Shown piece after piece: positions 40,069 through 50,083 of a DNA stretch of 64,000 nt. The stretch covers positions 1 to 64,000 of the forward strand of contig JAZGFI010000277.1 of the NCBI GenBank assembly GCA_036479435.1. Reading direction: 5' to 3'. The stretch comes from Planctomycetota bacterium (lineage in GTDB: Bacteria; Planctomycetota; GCA-002687715; DRQF01). Each line of letters starts with the position of its first letter. The stretch's first letter is position 1. A program made the translations under genes and the position numbers. The notes beneath the pieces were generated by a model. It ran no database searches. It saw only the letters and a program-made list of their open reading frames with translations, and had not been told where the DNA came from.

Positions 40069-40093
40069 AACCCTTGCAAAGCCAGAGATCAAG

Positions 40094-40120
40094 ACAGGGA
40101 GCCATTGGCTCCCTGTTTTC
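40094..40120 (+). terminator. Intrinsic terminator
   Basis: ACAGGGAGCC-ATT-GGCTCCCTGT stem followed by TTTC. Confidence 0.7.
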
Positions 40121-40204
40121 GTACCCGCATGTCGTGCAGGCAATGGTGAGCCCCTTCGCCTCGATGCACTCCGAAGCCTGGTGCCCCGTATTCGATATTG
40201 GCCT

Positions 40205-43200
40205 TTAGGCGGACTCGGCGGCAAGCGCCTTCTCAATAGCGTCGATAAGATCGCTGATCTCAAAGGGCTTGGACAAGACCTGGTCAACTTGTCGCAGGCC
40301 GGCGTTTTGCACCCCGATTTCCTCCGCCCAACCCGTGAGCAAAATCACCGGAAGGTCGCTGCGGTGTTTCTTCACTTCCCGCGCCACATCCCAACCGGAC
40401 ATGGGCACCATGCCTAAGTCCGTCATCACGAGATCGAAAGGAGCCGCCTTGAGCGCTTCCAGAGCTTCTGGGCCCGACGCGGCTGGCGTGACGTCGTAAC
40501 CTTCCTTCTTGAGGATTTCTTCGAGCAAAGACCGGATTCCCAACTCGTCATCAACTACCAAAAGTTTGGGAGCCGGGCCTTCTCGGCGTACCGAGGGGCT
40601 GCCCCCAAGCGCTGGAGCCGGTCGCTCCTGACGCTTTTCGATCCCGCGCGGCAGCTCGATCACGATCATGGTGAAGCCATCGGCGCCGGATTCTATGGCC
40701 ACTTTCCCCCCGTGCCGCATCAAGATTCCATAGGCCACGCTCATCCCTAGGCTGCCGTCGGAGTCACCTCGGCTCAACAGCGGATCGAACAGCTCCGACC
40801 CCGCCGACTCGGTGATGGACGCGCCGTCGTGACGGACCAGCAGCCTCACGGTGTCCTCAAGCACTTCCGAATCGAAGACGATCAGACCGCTGTCCTTCAA
40901 CGAAGCCACCGCGTTCAACAAGACATTGGTAAAGACCTCGCGTAACTCCGAGCGATTTCCTCTCACGAGGACTTCCTCACCCAGACGATTTGAAATATCG
41001 ACGCGCCGACCGGACCGGATGTACTCGCTTTGCCATCGCGTCTTGGTGAATTCCATGACCTCGTCGACGATGGCATGGAGGTCGACGACCTCGAGGTCGC
41101 GCTTTGTGGAACTCTGAGTAAAATCCTGCAACCGGCGCACCACGATCGCACCTTCGCGTGCGGATTGGGCAATCGTCTCCAACTCGTTTCGATGGCCATC
41201 GTCATCTAGCTTGCTGAGAAGCAACTGCGTTCGCCCCAAGATCGCCGCGAGGAGGTTGTTGAAGTCGTGTGCCACACTGCCCGCCAACACTCCCATCGTG
41301 CGATCTTTCTCCTCTCGAACGAGTTTCTGAACCAGCCGAGCGTTCTCAAAAGCAATCGCCGCTTGGCTGGCAAGAATGCCCAGTAGCTCGAGATCGTCGG
41401 CTCGAAACTGCCCCACGCGAGAACGGTTGTCGACGTAAATCATGCCCAGCAGCTTCTGATTGCGCAGCATCGGGACGCACATGATCGAGCGCAGCTCAAG
41501 ACTGAGAACACTCTCTTGGGCCCGGTATTCCTCTTCGTCCATGGCGTTTTGCAGCAGCACCGGGCGCTTAGTCTTGGCGACGCCATCGATCACTTTGCGC
41601 GACACCTGCCGCTCCGGGTCGACAACCGGCTCACCACGATTGGTTCGCGCCACCGCAACTTGGGCATCACCATCGTCCTCGACGAGAACTAAGAACCCAC
41701 GCTCCGCACTCGAAAAGTCGATGGCACCGTCCAAGATTGCCGGCAGCAACTGGTCCATCGGCATCGTCTTCGTCATGTCTTGGCTGAGTTCAAGAATGCG
41801 GCGAACACCCTCTTCGTTGCGCCGCAAACTGGAAACCGTGGTCCCCAGCGTTCGCTCAACGTCAAAGAGCCCCGTCTTCAGCTTCGAAATGCAAAGGCGA
41901 ACCTCCTTCGGCAGTTTTCGCAGTTCGTCATCACGACCCGGGCAGCTCGCGGAGATAAAAGCTCGCGTGGCCGCACGGAACTGACGGACTTCCGGCGTTT
42001 CGAGGAAGGAGGCCATCATGCGCGGTTCATTAATCGCGGCCGTGGTCTTCTCCAAACACTCAAGTGCGAGGCTCGCGTAATAAAACGCGCGTTCTGGCTT
42101 CAGAGCCCAATCGCAGTAGCGTGCCAGTGCCGCCGCCGCCGAAAACGCCACCCCCGGCATCTCGAGTTTCTGCGCTTCCCGAAGGACTTTTGCGACGGCT
42201 TCAACCTCTGCCAACTCCTCATCCGCGCCCGAGTCATTGAGCGCGACAAGTAGATCCAACTCGAGCACCGCCAGCCGCGATGCGACCTCATCCGTCAGTT
42301 CTTTTTTGTCGGCCTTTGCCAAATTCCGGGACAGGCTTTGGGCGCGGTCGACATCACCGTCACCACGAGCAAGGTGGAGGCCCATCATCCGCACCAGGGT
42401 CTCAAGGCGGCTCGACTCCGCCCCGACGCGGCCGAACACCTCAAGGGCTTCGCCGAGACAATCCTCAGCGCGCTCGACATCGCCGCGACCCAACCACTGA
42501 TCGGCAAGCCCCCACATGGCGACCGCGGGTTCCTCTTCGAGCTCGTGCTCGCGCATCGCCGTCAAGGCGCGATTGAGGGTCTCTTCAGCCTCGTCCCAAA
42601 GCCCCACTGCCGCCAAAGTCAGTCCGGCATTCGTCTCCCAATACCGCGCCCGCAATTCCTGACCGAAGCTGCGATCGGCCGCCGCTGCTTCGCGGTAGTA
42701 GCGGATCGCAGCGGCGTGGCGGTGCCGCAACTGGGACACCGCGCCCAAGGAGTTGAGCGCGATAGCAGGATTCTTGTCGCCCTTCAGCTTGCGCTTGAGC
42801 TTCAAGCAGATTTTCAGGCTCTTAGCCGCTTCGGAGAGTTCGCGACGGCGCAGGTGAATATTGGCGATGTTCGCCCAACATTGATGCTCGCCCTCGCGAT
42901 GCCCGATCTCTTGGCGGATGCGAAGCGCATCGCGCAAGTAGTCCAGGGCCTCTTGAGCACTCCCCATGTTGCGCTTCAAAATGCCTAAGTTGTTGAGGCT
43001 GTCGGCGAGGGCGAGGAGATCGCCGATGTCCCGCTGTAAGGCCACGGCAGACTTGAAAAAAGTCTCGGCCCGCTCGTTTACACCCCCCTGCATGTAGATG
43101 CTGCCAACAAGGTGGCGCCCTTGACCGAGGCCATTCAGGTTTCCGGCGCGCGCTTCCATCTTGAGTGACAACAGCGCTAGCGAGAGCGCCGTTGCGAGGT

Positions 43201-45871
43201 TGTGACGCCTGAATTCAAGCGACGCACGCAAGCGCACGAAATCCGACTGGCTAGCGCTGTAGGGCGAAGGTGGCGGCAGCCGTGGGGACTCGACTTCTTC
43301 GAGCCGCAACTTGTTATCAACGCCGATTTCAGGCACAGCCTTGGCCCGCGCCAAGATCGCGGCGGCTTCTTCGAGGACGCGATCGGTCTCATTGAGGTCG
43401 CCCTGGCGGAGATGAGTTTGCGCCCGCTGAAGGCAAAGCAAGGCCGCTTCCCCGACGTCAACGCCTTCAACTTGGCGCGCGGCTTTCTTCAACACTATGC
43501 GCGCTTGTTCGTACTCTCCGTCCATCACCAGCGAACGCGCTTGCAGTTTCGCCGTCACCGGGCTGGCACTGAGGTCGGACAACTCAGTCAGGCTCAGCTC
43601 CGCGCGCGCGCCCCGCGCATCGCCCCGGCGGCAGGCCAGCTCGGCGGCAGATACTGTCGCCATGAAGACGAGATAGCGCGGTGGCTTCGCCGCCGAGCGG
43701 CGAATCGCCTGCATCAGCACTTTAGCTTCACCGTCACGGTTGCGGCGAACGAGGCCGCTGTAGGCGGAGTACGCCCGATCCCAAACAGCTTCTGTGATGT
43801 GCCCCGACATCAGCTCGTGAAAAACGGCCGTCCAAGCATTGGCTCGAGTCTCATCGTGAAGCGCGCGAGCAAGCTGGGCGTGCAAGCTGCGTTGGCGCTC
43901 GTCCGACATCATCTCGGTCACCACGCCCTTAGTATCAGCATCCACAAAACCGAGAGCACCGTAGCGCGATACCGACAACAAGCCGCGGCGCGACAAGCGA
44001 TCGATCGAGGCCTTCGCAGAAGCGGCCGTTAGGCCCCCAAAACGTGCGAGATGAGGCTGATCGACATGCTTGGGGTGCAAGGCGACAAGCTGAAGCAAAA
44101 AGAGATCGCGGTCTTCGACCAAGCCAACGCGGCTTTGGATGACCCCGCGCACCCGCGTCGCGACCGGAGCCGCCTCGACTCGATCCAGCGCCAAGGCCTC
44201 CTCAACGGCGAGCACTCTGTCGGCCTCAATCTGCAAGCTGGCCAGCGTCTCGCGCAAGAACAAGGGGTTGCCGTGGGTCTTTGCGTGCAGGACTTCGGCC
44301 ACCGAAGGCGAGCAATCCGCCGGAGCGATCATCGCGCGTAGGAGCTCAGTAGATTTGTCAAGGTCGAAGGCCTCCAACTCGATGACGTCGAGCAAGCCGT
44401 CCTCGTGCGCTTCGCGCAGCAGCCCTTCCAACACCTCATCGAAGTCGCAGCCCGGCGTCATGGTCATGACGATTTGGAGGGGCAATCGGTCGCCCGACAA
44501 CTGGTATTCTGCGCTAACTCGACGCAGCAAGTAGGTCAGGAACTCCCGTGCAATAGGATCGAGCGACTCGATGTCCTCGACAACGAGAACGCTCGGGCTT
44601 TCGACGCGAGCGAGCCGAATCGCACCCCGCGCAATCGCGGAGTACCGGGCAAAACGCCGCGGGTCGGCTAAGTCAGGAAAACTTGCCGTTCCCGTTGATT
44701 CTGGATCTTTCTGACGACCCAAAAGAGAATCCAACTCGGATTCGAGGTTGGCCAGGGTCGTATCGTCTCCCTCGGCACGACCGCGGGATGAGCTCAGGCT
44801 CAGCACTCTGAGCTTGGAGATCCGAAGCTCGGTCTTGTGCTTTTCGATGAGGCGCGTTTTGCCGACCCCTCGTTCACCGTTAATCGACATGAACGGCATG
44901 GGTGGAGGAGCCCCCACGGCCAGCTCGGAACTACAAGGCGCCGATTCACGGAGCTGAATTAACTCCTCCAGGCGCCCCACGAAGCGGGGCTGGCAAATGG
45001 TCGCCAAGCGGGAATCAACGGTCTCCACGTCGATGCTGGGGTCTATTTCTGTCAAGGCCTGCAGCACTTCGGCGGCAGAAGCGAAACGCTCATCGCGCGG
45101 TTGCCGCAACAGCCCGTGCAGGACTTGCATCAAGGCGCGATCGTAGCGACCGAGGCAATCCGAAGGCAACCACGCCAAAAGGTCATCGGCATCGGCGACG
45201 AGAGGCAAGTCCGGCGTTGGGTTGCCTTTCAAGACTGAGAAAATCGAGGCGCCAAAAGAATAGAGGTCGGCGCGGCCGTCAATGATCTCTCCGGCCACCA
45301 GCACCTCGGGCGCAACGAAAGGCATGGTGCCTCGACCGGACTCGACCGGCCCAATCGATCCCGCGAGGTCGAAGTCGAGCAACTTCAATCCGATGACGCG
45401 ATCTTGTTCCACGTCGAGATCGACGATGATGTTGTCCGGCTTTACGTCGAAGTGCACGATCTCGCGAGCGTGCAAATAGCCGAGCACACGACTAGTCTGG
45501 GCGATGATCTCGGCCAGCACTTTCTTCGACGGGTGATCGCCAAGATCGGAGAGCCGCTGGCCCGCGGCTCGATCTTCAACGAAATAAGGGCGCGTCGTTT
45601 CGGCGTCGACGCCGTGGTCAACGACGCGACAGATCCCCGGATGGACGAGGTCGCTGGCGACGCGGTATTCATTGTGAAATCGGAGCAGCGTTCGGGCCGG
45701 GGGATGTTTTTCCTGGTTCGCCTCAGCCAAGAGCTTGAGAACCAGCTCCCGTTCGGGAGCACGCCGATCGCGCACGACGAATACGGTCTTCAAACCGCCT
45801 TCGTGCAGGACTTCTTTGACCTCATAGCGGCCAGCAATCAAGTCGCGCATGGGTCGCCGCTCATCGCGCAT
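40205..45871 (-). CDS. Giant hybrid: Ser/Thr kinase - STAND-type ATPase - TPR array - GAF - histidine kinase - receiver
   Basis: HFDVKPDN, DFD and APE kinase motifs; Walker A GERGVGKT, VVEDI, GNPLFL; TPRs (ADSLNNLG); GAF (AERGFL, RSIMCVP, IYVDNR); HDFNN; receiver VVDDE/MTD/KP. Start is at 45871 or 45850. Confidence 0.9.
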   Translation of the reverse strand: MRDERRPMRDLIAGRYEVKEVLHEGGLKTVFVVRDRRAPERELVLKLLAEANQEKHPPARTLLRFHNEYRVASDLVHPGICRVVDHGVDAETTRPYFVEDRAAGQRLSDLGDHPSKKVLAEIIAQTSRVLGYLHAREIVHFDVKPDNIIVDLDVEQDRVIGLKLLDFDLAGSIGPVESGRGTMPFVAPEVLVAGEIIDGRADLYSFGASIFSVLKGNPTPDLPLVADADDLLAWLPSDCLGRYDRALMQVLHGLLRQPRDERFASAAEVLQALTEIDPSIDVETVDSRLATICQPRFVGRLEELIQLRESAPCSSELAVGAPPPMPFMSINGERGVGKTRLIEKHKTELRISKLRVLSLSSSRGRAEGDDTTLANLESELDSLLGRQKDPESTGTASFPDLADPRRFARYSAIARGAIRLARVESPSVLVVEDIESLDPIAREFLTYLLRRVSAEYQLSGDRLPLQIVMTMTPGCDFDEVLEGLLREAHEDGLLDVIELEAFDLDKSTELLRAMIAPADCSPSVAEVLHAKTHGNPLFLRETLASLQIEADRVLAVEEALALDRVEAAPVATRVRGVIQSRVGLVEDRDLFLLQLVALHPKHVDQPHLARFGGLTAASAKASIDRLSRRGLLSVSRYGALGFVDADTKGVVTEMMSDERQRSLHAQLARALHDETRANAWTAVFHELMSGHITEAVWDRAYSAYSGLVRRNRDGEAKVLMQAIRRSAAKPPRYLVFMATVSAAELACRRGDARGARAELSLTELSDLSASPVTAKLQARSLVMDGEYEQARIVLKKAARQVEGVDVGEAALLCLQRAQTHLRQGDLNETDRVLEEAAAILARAKAVPEIGVDNKLRLEEVESPRLPPPSPYSASQSDFVRLRASLEFRRHNLATALSLALLSLKMEARAGNLNGLGQGRHLVGSIYMQGGVNERAETFFKSAVALQRDIGDLLALADSLNNLGILKRNMGSAQEALDYLRDALRIRQEIGHREGEHQCWANIANIHLRRRELSEAAKSLKICLKLKRKLKGDKNPAIALNSLGAVSQLRHRHAAAIRYYREAAAADRSFGQELRARYWETNAGLTLAAVGLWDEAEETLNRALTAMREHELEEEPAVAMWGLADQWLGRGDVERAEDCLGEALEVFGRVGAESSRLETLVRMMGLHLARGDGDVDRAQSLSRNLAKADKKELTDEVASRLAVLELDLLVALNDSGADEELAEVEAVAKVLREAQKLEMPGVAFSAAAALARYCDWALKPERAFYYASLALECLEKTTAAINEPRMMASFLETPEVRQFRAATRAFISASCPGRDDELRKLPKEVRLCISKLKTGLFDVERTLGTTVSSLRRNEEGVRRILELSQDMTKTMPMDQLLPAILDGAIDFSSAERGFLVLVEDDGDAQVAVARTNRGEPVVDPERQVSRKVIDGVAKTKRPVLLQNAMDEEEYRAQESVLSLELRSIMCVPMLRNQKLLGMIYVDNRSRVGQFRADDLELLGILASQAAIAFENARLVQKLVREEKDRTMGVLAGSVAHDFNNLLAAILGRTQLLLSKLDDDGHRNELETIAQSAREGAIVVRRLQDFTQSSTKRDLEVVDLHAIVDEVMEFTKTRWQSEYIRSGRRVDISNRLGEEVLVRGNRSELREVFTNVLLNAVASLKDSGLIVFDSEVLEDTVRLLVRHDGASITESAGSELFDPLLSRGDSDGSLGMSVAYGILMRHGGKVAIESGADGFTMIVIELPRGIEKRQERPAPALGGSPSVRREGPAPKLLVVDDELGIRSLLEEILKKEGYDVTPAASGPEALEALKAAPFDLVMTDLGMVPMSGWDVAREVKKHRSDLPVILLTGWAEEIGVQNAGLRQVDQVLSKPFEISDLIDAIEKALAAESA

Positions 45872-46032
45872 CGTGCTAGAGATTTCAAGCGCTTCGCCTC
45901 CTTCGCCGCCCTCAAGTTTCAAGCTGCATCCGTGAATTGGTTGGCCAATCGCGAAAGGAGGCCCTGTCGGCAGTCCGAGTATACTGGCGGTTCTCACCGA
46001 CTGCATTGCAATTCGAAACGAAGGCTCCAACG

Positions 46033-48771
46033 ATGACCGAAGTGCGCCCCGACGATAAGTGCGCGAAACGCCTTTTTCTCATCGATGGTTCGGCATTGGC
46101 CTATCGATCCCACTTCGCCTTCATTCGATCTCCCCTCTCCAATGCGGCTGGCCTCTCGACGGGAGGCATTTTTGGGTTCACGCGAGCTCTGAAGCAAATT
46201 CTCGAAGAAGCTGACCCCTCCCACATCGCCCTCGTTTTTGACCACAAGGGGCCGACTTTTCGCCATGAACTCTACAAAGAGTACAAAGCGACGCGCCAAA
46301 AAATGCCGGAGGACATGCGCGAACAAATCCCGTGGATGAAGAAAGTCACCGAGGGTTTTCGGGTGCCCTTGATCGAGCTGCCCGGTTTCGAGGCCGACGA
46401 CGTCATTGGCACCTTGGCTCGTCGTGCGGACGCTGAGGGCTTTGAAGTCATGATTGTCAGCGGCGACAAGGACTTCATGCAGCTCGTCACGGACCGGACA
46501 AAACTTTACAACATCGCCAAAGCCAACGTCGCCGTCGAAATCGTGGGCGAAGAGGCCGTCCACGCGAAATTCGGCGTCAAACCTGATCTCGTTGTCGACG
46601 TCCTCGCGCTCATGGGCGACAGCTCCGACAACGTCCCGGGAGTGTCGGGAGTTGGCGAGAAAACGGCCATTAAGCTCATCAACGAGTGGGGCTCCTTCGA
46701 TGAGGTTTTTGCGCACGTCGACGAAATCAAGCGCAAAAAGCTCCGCGAGACCCTCACCCTTGAACGCGACATCGCCGAACTCAGCCGCCGGCTGGTCACG
46801 ATCGACACCGATGTCAAGCTCGACCACGACGTCGCTTCGTTGGCACGCCAAGAGCCCGACACCGACGCCCTCAAGGAGATCTACCGCGAGATGGAGTTCG
46901 GCAGGCTTCTCGCCGAGCTCAGCCAGGGCGGTGCGGCCGCAGACCCGGTCGAAAAGGACTACCGCATCGTCCGCAGCGAAGCAGAGCTCGAGGCGCTAAT
47001 CGATTTGCTCAAGACCGCGGGCACTTTTGTGCTGGACCTTGAAACTACCGGTTTGGACAAGATCGACGCCCGCATCGTCGGATTCTCCTTTTCAACCGCG
47101 ACTGGCGAGGGCCACTACGTAGCGATGAACCTCGATCCCCCGCTGCTTCCCGGCGACTGGGAAGGAAGCGCGCTCGTCGAGCGATTGCGGCCCCTTTTGG
47201 AGTCCGACAAGTTCGAAAAGTGCGGCCAGAACATCAAGTACGACGCTTCGGTACTGGTCAATCACGACATCGAACTCGGCAATATCGCCTTCGATACGAT
47301 GATCGCCAGCTATCTGCTCGATCCCGGCAGTCGCGAACACAGCCTGGACGGCCTGTCGCTCCGGCACTTCGACTACAAAAAAATTAAGACCGAAGAGATC
47401 ATCGGCAGCAAGGGCGACGATCAGCTCACGATGAATCTTGTCCCGATCGAAACGGTAGGTGAGTACGCCTGCGAGGACGCAGACTTCACCTGGAGGCTCT
47501 ACGAGCTCTTCGCTCCGCGGCTACTCGCCAACGAGCTGCGCGAATTGTTCGACACCATCGAAATGCCTCTCGTTCCCGTTCTCTTGCGCATGGAGCGGCA
47601 AGGCGTTCGATTGAAGAAAGAAGTCCTGGCCGAACTCGGCAAGGAAATCCAAGCCGAACTGGCGACTCTCGAAGATCAGATCTACGAGCTTGCGGGTCGC
47701 GAATTCAACATCGCTTCGCCAAAACAGCTCTCCGAGATCCTCTTCGTCGAACTCAAACTGCACGAGAAGCTCGGGGTCAAACCTAAGAAGACGAAAACCG
47801 GGTTTTCGACCAACCACGAAGTGCTCGACTCGATGCAGGGGCATGACTTGCCGCGGCGCATCCTCGAGTATCGCGGCCTTGCGAAACTGCTCAACACCTA
47901 TGTTCTGACGCTTCCGAAGCTGGTGCACCCCAGTACCGGACGCATTCACACGCAGTTCAACCAGGCCGTGGCGGCGACGGGACGGCTGTCGAGTAGCGAC
48001 CCCAACCTGCAAAACATCCCCATCCGCACGCCCCGAGGGCGACGGATTCGCGAGGCCTTCGTCCCCTCGAATGACGGCTGGGTGCTGCTGGCGGCAGACT
48101 ATTCGCAGATCGAGTTGCGGATCATGGCCCACGTTTCCCAAGACCCCCAACTCATCGCCGCCTTCGAGCGCGGAGCCGATATCCACCGCGAAACGGCGGC
48201 CCGAGTCTTCGAAGTCGAACCCGAGGCGGTCGATTCCGAGATGCGGAGTCGCGCCAAGAGCATCAACTTCGGCATCATGTACGGCATGGGCTCGCAGCGC
48301 CTCGCCCGCGAAACCGGAATGTCCGTCGCCGAGGCGACGGCTTTCATCGATCGCTACTTCGATTCATTCCCGACCGTTCGCAACTTTTTGGAATCCTGCA
48401 AAGAACGGGCCCGACAAGATGGCTACGTGACAACTCTCTTTGGCCGCCGCCGCCCGATCCCAGATATTCAATCGTCCAATGGCCGGCTGCGATCCGCCGC
48501 CGAGAACATGGCGGTCAACACCCCGATTCAGGGAAGCGCGGCCGACTTGATCAAGCTGGCCATGATCGAAATCGATGCCTACATCCGCCGCAAAGGCCTG
48601 AAAGGCCGCATGATCCTGCAAGTTCACGATGAGCTCGTCTTTGACCTTCCCCGCGACGAACTCGAGCTGTTCCGCGACAAAATGCCCGCCCTCATGGCCA
48701 GTGCCACAAAATTACGAGTCCCCTTGGTTGTTGAGACCGGTTATGGGGAGAATTGGAGCGAAGCCCACTAA
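46033..48771 (+). CDS. polA: DNA polymerase I
   Basis: 5'-3' exonuclease (LIDGS, EADD, GDSSDN), 3'-5' exonuclease (DLETTG, KYD, YACEDAD), polymerase (ADYSQIELR, KSINFG, QVHDE). Confidence 0.98.
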   Translation: MTEVRPDDKCAKRLFLIDGSALAYRSHFAFIRSPLSNAAGLSTGGIFGFTRALKQILEEADPSHIALVFDHKGPTFRHELYKEYKATRQKMPEDMREQIPWMKKVTEGFRVPLIELPGFEADDVIGTLARRADAEGFEVMIVSGDKDFMQLVTDRTKLYNIAKANVAVEIVGEEAVHAKFGVKPDLVVDVLALMGDSSDNVPGVSGVGEKTAIKLINEWGSFDEVFAHVDEIKRKKLRETLTLERDIAELSRRLVTIDTDVKLDHDVASLARQEPDTDALKEIYREMEFGRLLAELSQGGAAADPVEKDYRIVRSEAELEALIDLLKTAGTFVLDLETTGLDKIDARIVGFSFSTATGEGHYVAMNLDPPLLPGDWEGSALVERLRPLLESDKFEKCGQNIKYDASVLVNHDIELGNIAFDTMIASYLLDPGSREHSLDGLSLRHFDYKKIKTEEIIGSKGDDQLTMNLVPIETVGEYACEDADFTWRLYELFAPRLLANELRELFDTIEMPLVPVLLRMERQGVRLKKEVLAELGKEIQAELATLEDQIYELAGREFNIASPKQLSEILFVELKLHEKLGVKPKKTKTGFSTNHEVLDSMQGHDLPRRILEYRGLAKLLNTYVLTLPKLVHPSTGRIHTQFNQAVAATGRLSSSDPNLQNIPIRTPRGRRIREAFVPSNDGWVLLAADYSQIELRIMAHVSQDPQLIAAFERGADIHRETAARVFEVEPEAVDSEMRSRAKSINFGIMYGMGSQRLARETGMSVAEATAFIDRYFDSFPTVRNFLESCKERARQDGYVTTLFGRRRPIPDIQSSNGRLRSAAENMAVNTPIQGSAADLIKLAMIEIDAYIRRKGLKGRMILQVHDELVFDLPRDELELFRDKMPALMASATKLRVPLVVETGYGENWSEAH

Positions 48772-49853
48772 TGACAAACGAGCTAGGAGCGACCCTTTCG
48801 ATGGAAACGAAATACCACGCACCGATCCAAGGGCGTGGACGCCTGACGCTGCTGAGCTGCGCATCGGGGCGCCCTTTCGCCAAGCGCGTCGAGAAAGCTC
48901 TAGTCAAGATCATCAAGGACGCCGGTGGCTTGGGCGAAAGCGGAGTTCTACGCAAAACCGATGAGGTTCTTTTTCCGAACGGCGAGATCAAGACCGTCAT
49001 CGCCGACAACATCCGCGGGGACGACATCTATGTCATCCAGTGCGTTGACGACCCCTCATCCAAGCAGAGCGTCAATGACAACTTAATGGCGCTGGTGACG
49101 GCACTCCACGCGGCCGATCAATCCGACGCCGCTTCGATCACCGCCGTCATCCCTCAGTTTCCGTATTCTCGGCAAGAGCGCAAAAAGACCCGCGAGGCCA
49201 TCACCGCCCGCGTCGTCGCGAGCTTGCTGGAGGATTCCGGCGCCGACCGCGTCATCACGCTCGACATTCACTCCGAAGCCACCATGGGCTTTTTTAGACG
49301 CTGCACGCTGGAGGACCTCCACGCCTCAGGGGTCTTGATCGACCACGTCGTGGCCAACACCACGATCGACACCGACAATTTGGTGATGGTGGCCCCAGAT
49401 GTCGGTGGTGCTGACCGCGCGCGCCACTACGCCAACCACTTTGGCAGCCCCTTGGCCATCGTCCACAAGGCTCGCGACTACAGCCAGCCCGGCATTATCG
49501 AGAGCATGCGCCTCGTCGGCGACGTCGAGGGCAAAGACGTCTTGATGCCCGACGACCTGATCGCCACCGGGGGTACGCTCTTGACCGCATGCAAGCTGCT
49601 GAAAGACTCCGGCGCCAAGCGGGTCTTTCTCGCCTGCTCGCTGCCGTTTTTGAACGGGCCGGCCGTCGATCGGTTCGATAAGGCCTATGCTGAGGGCGGA
49701 TTTGACCTCCTCATCGGAACCGACGCGGTCTTTCGGGGGCCTTCATTCGTGGAGAAACACCCCTGGTATCAGGAGGTAAGTGTGGCTCCCCTCTTCGCCC
49801 AGGTCATTTTCAACATCAACCAAAAGCGCTCCGTAAGCGCTTTGTTGCGCTGA
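48771..49853 (+). CDS. prs: Ribose-phosphate pyrophosphokinase
   Basis: FPNGE, PYSRQE, LDIHS, APDVGG and DDLIATGGT motifs; TAATG overlap with polA. Confidence 0.95.
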   Translation: MTNELGATLSMETKYHAPIQGRGRLTLLSCASGRPFAKRVEKALVKIIKDAGGLGESGVLRKTDEVLFPNGEIKTVIADNIRGDDIYVIQCVDDPSSKQSVNDNLMALVTALHAADQSDAASITAVIPQFPYSRQERKKTREAITARVVASLLEDSGADRVITLDIHSEATMGFFRRCTLEDLHASGVLIDHVVANTTIDTDNLVMVAPDVGGADRARHYANHFGSPLAIVHKARDYSQPGIIESMRLVGDVEGKDVLMPDDLIATGGTLLTACKLLKDSGAKRVFLACSLPFLNGPAVDRFDKAYAEGGFDLLIGTDAVFRGPSFVEKHPWYQEVSVAPLFAQVIFNINQKRSVSALLR

Positions 49854-50083
49854 ACTTAGGATTGATCGAGGCCGCGACAGCAACCCGGTTTTCTCCAGAA
49901 CGAGGAGATCCCCTAGCGCATCTCCGGGCCGGGCTTCGTATTGAGGAACGTGGGGCCTGATTTCGCCCTTTGGCAGAATGCCCGGGCGTTCGCTATCGTT
50001 GCAGTACTGACCCAACCACCGAACAAGGTGCCCATGCGGGGCACGACCGCTTTTTTGACTCAGCCCTGACGGGAGTTCTGACC

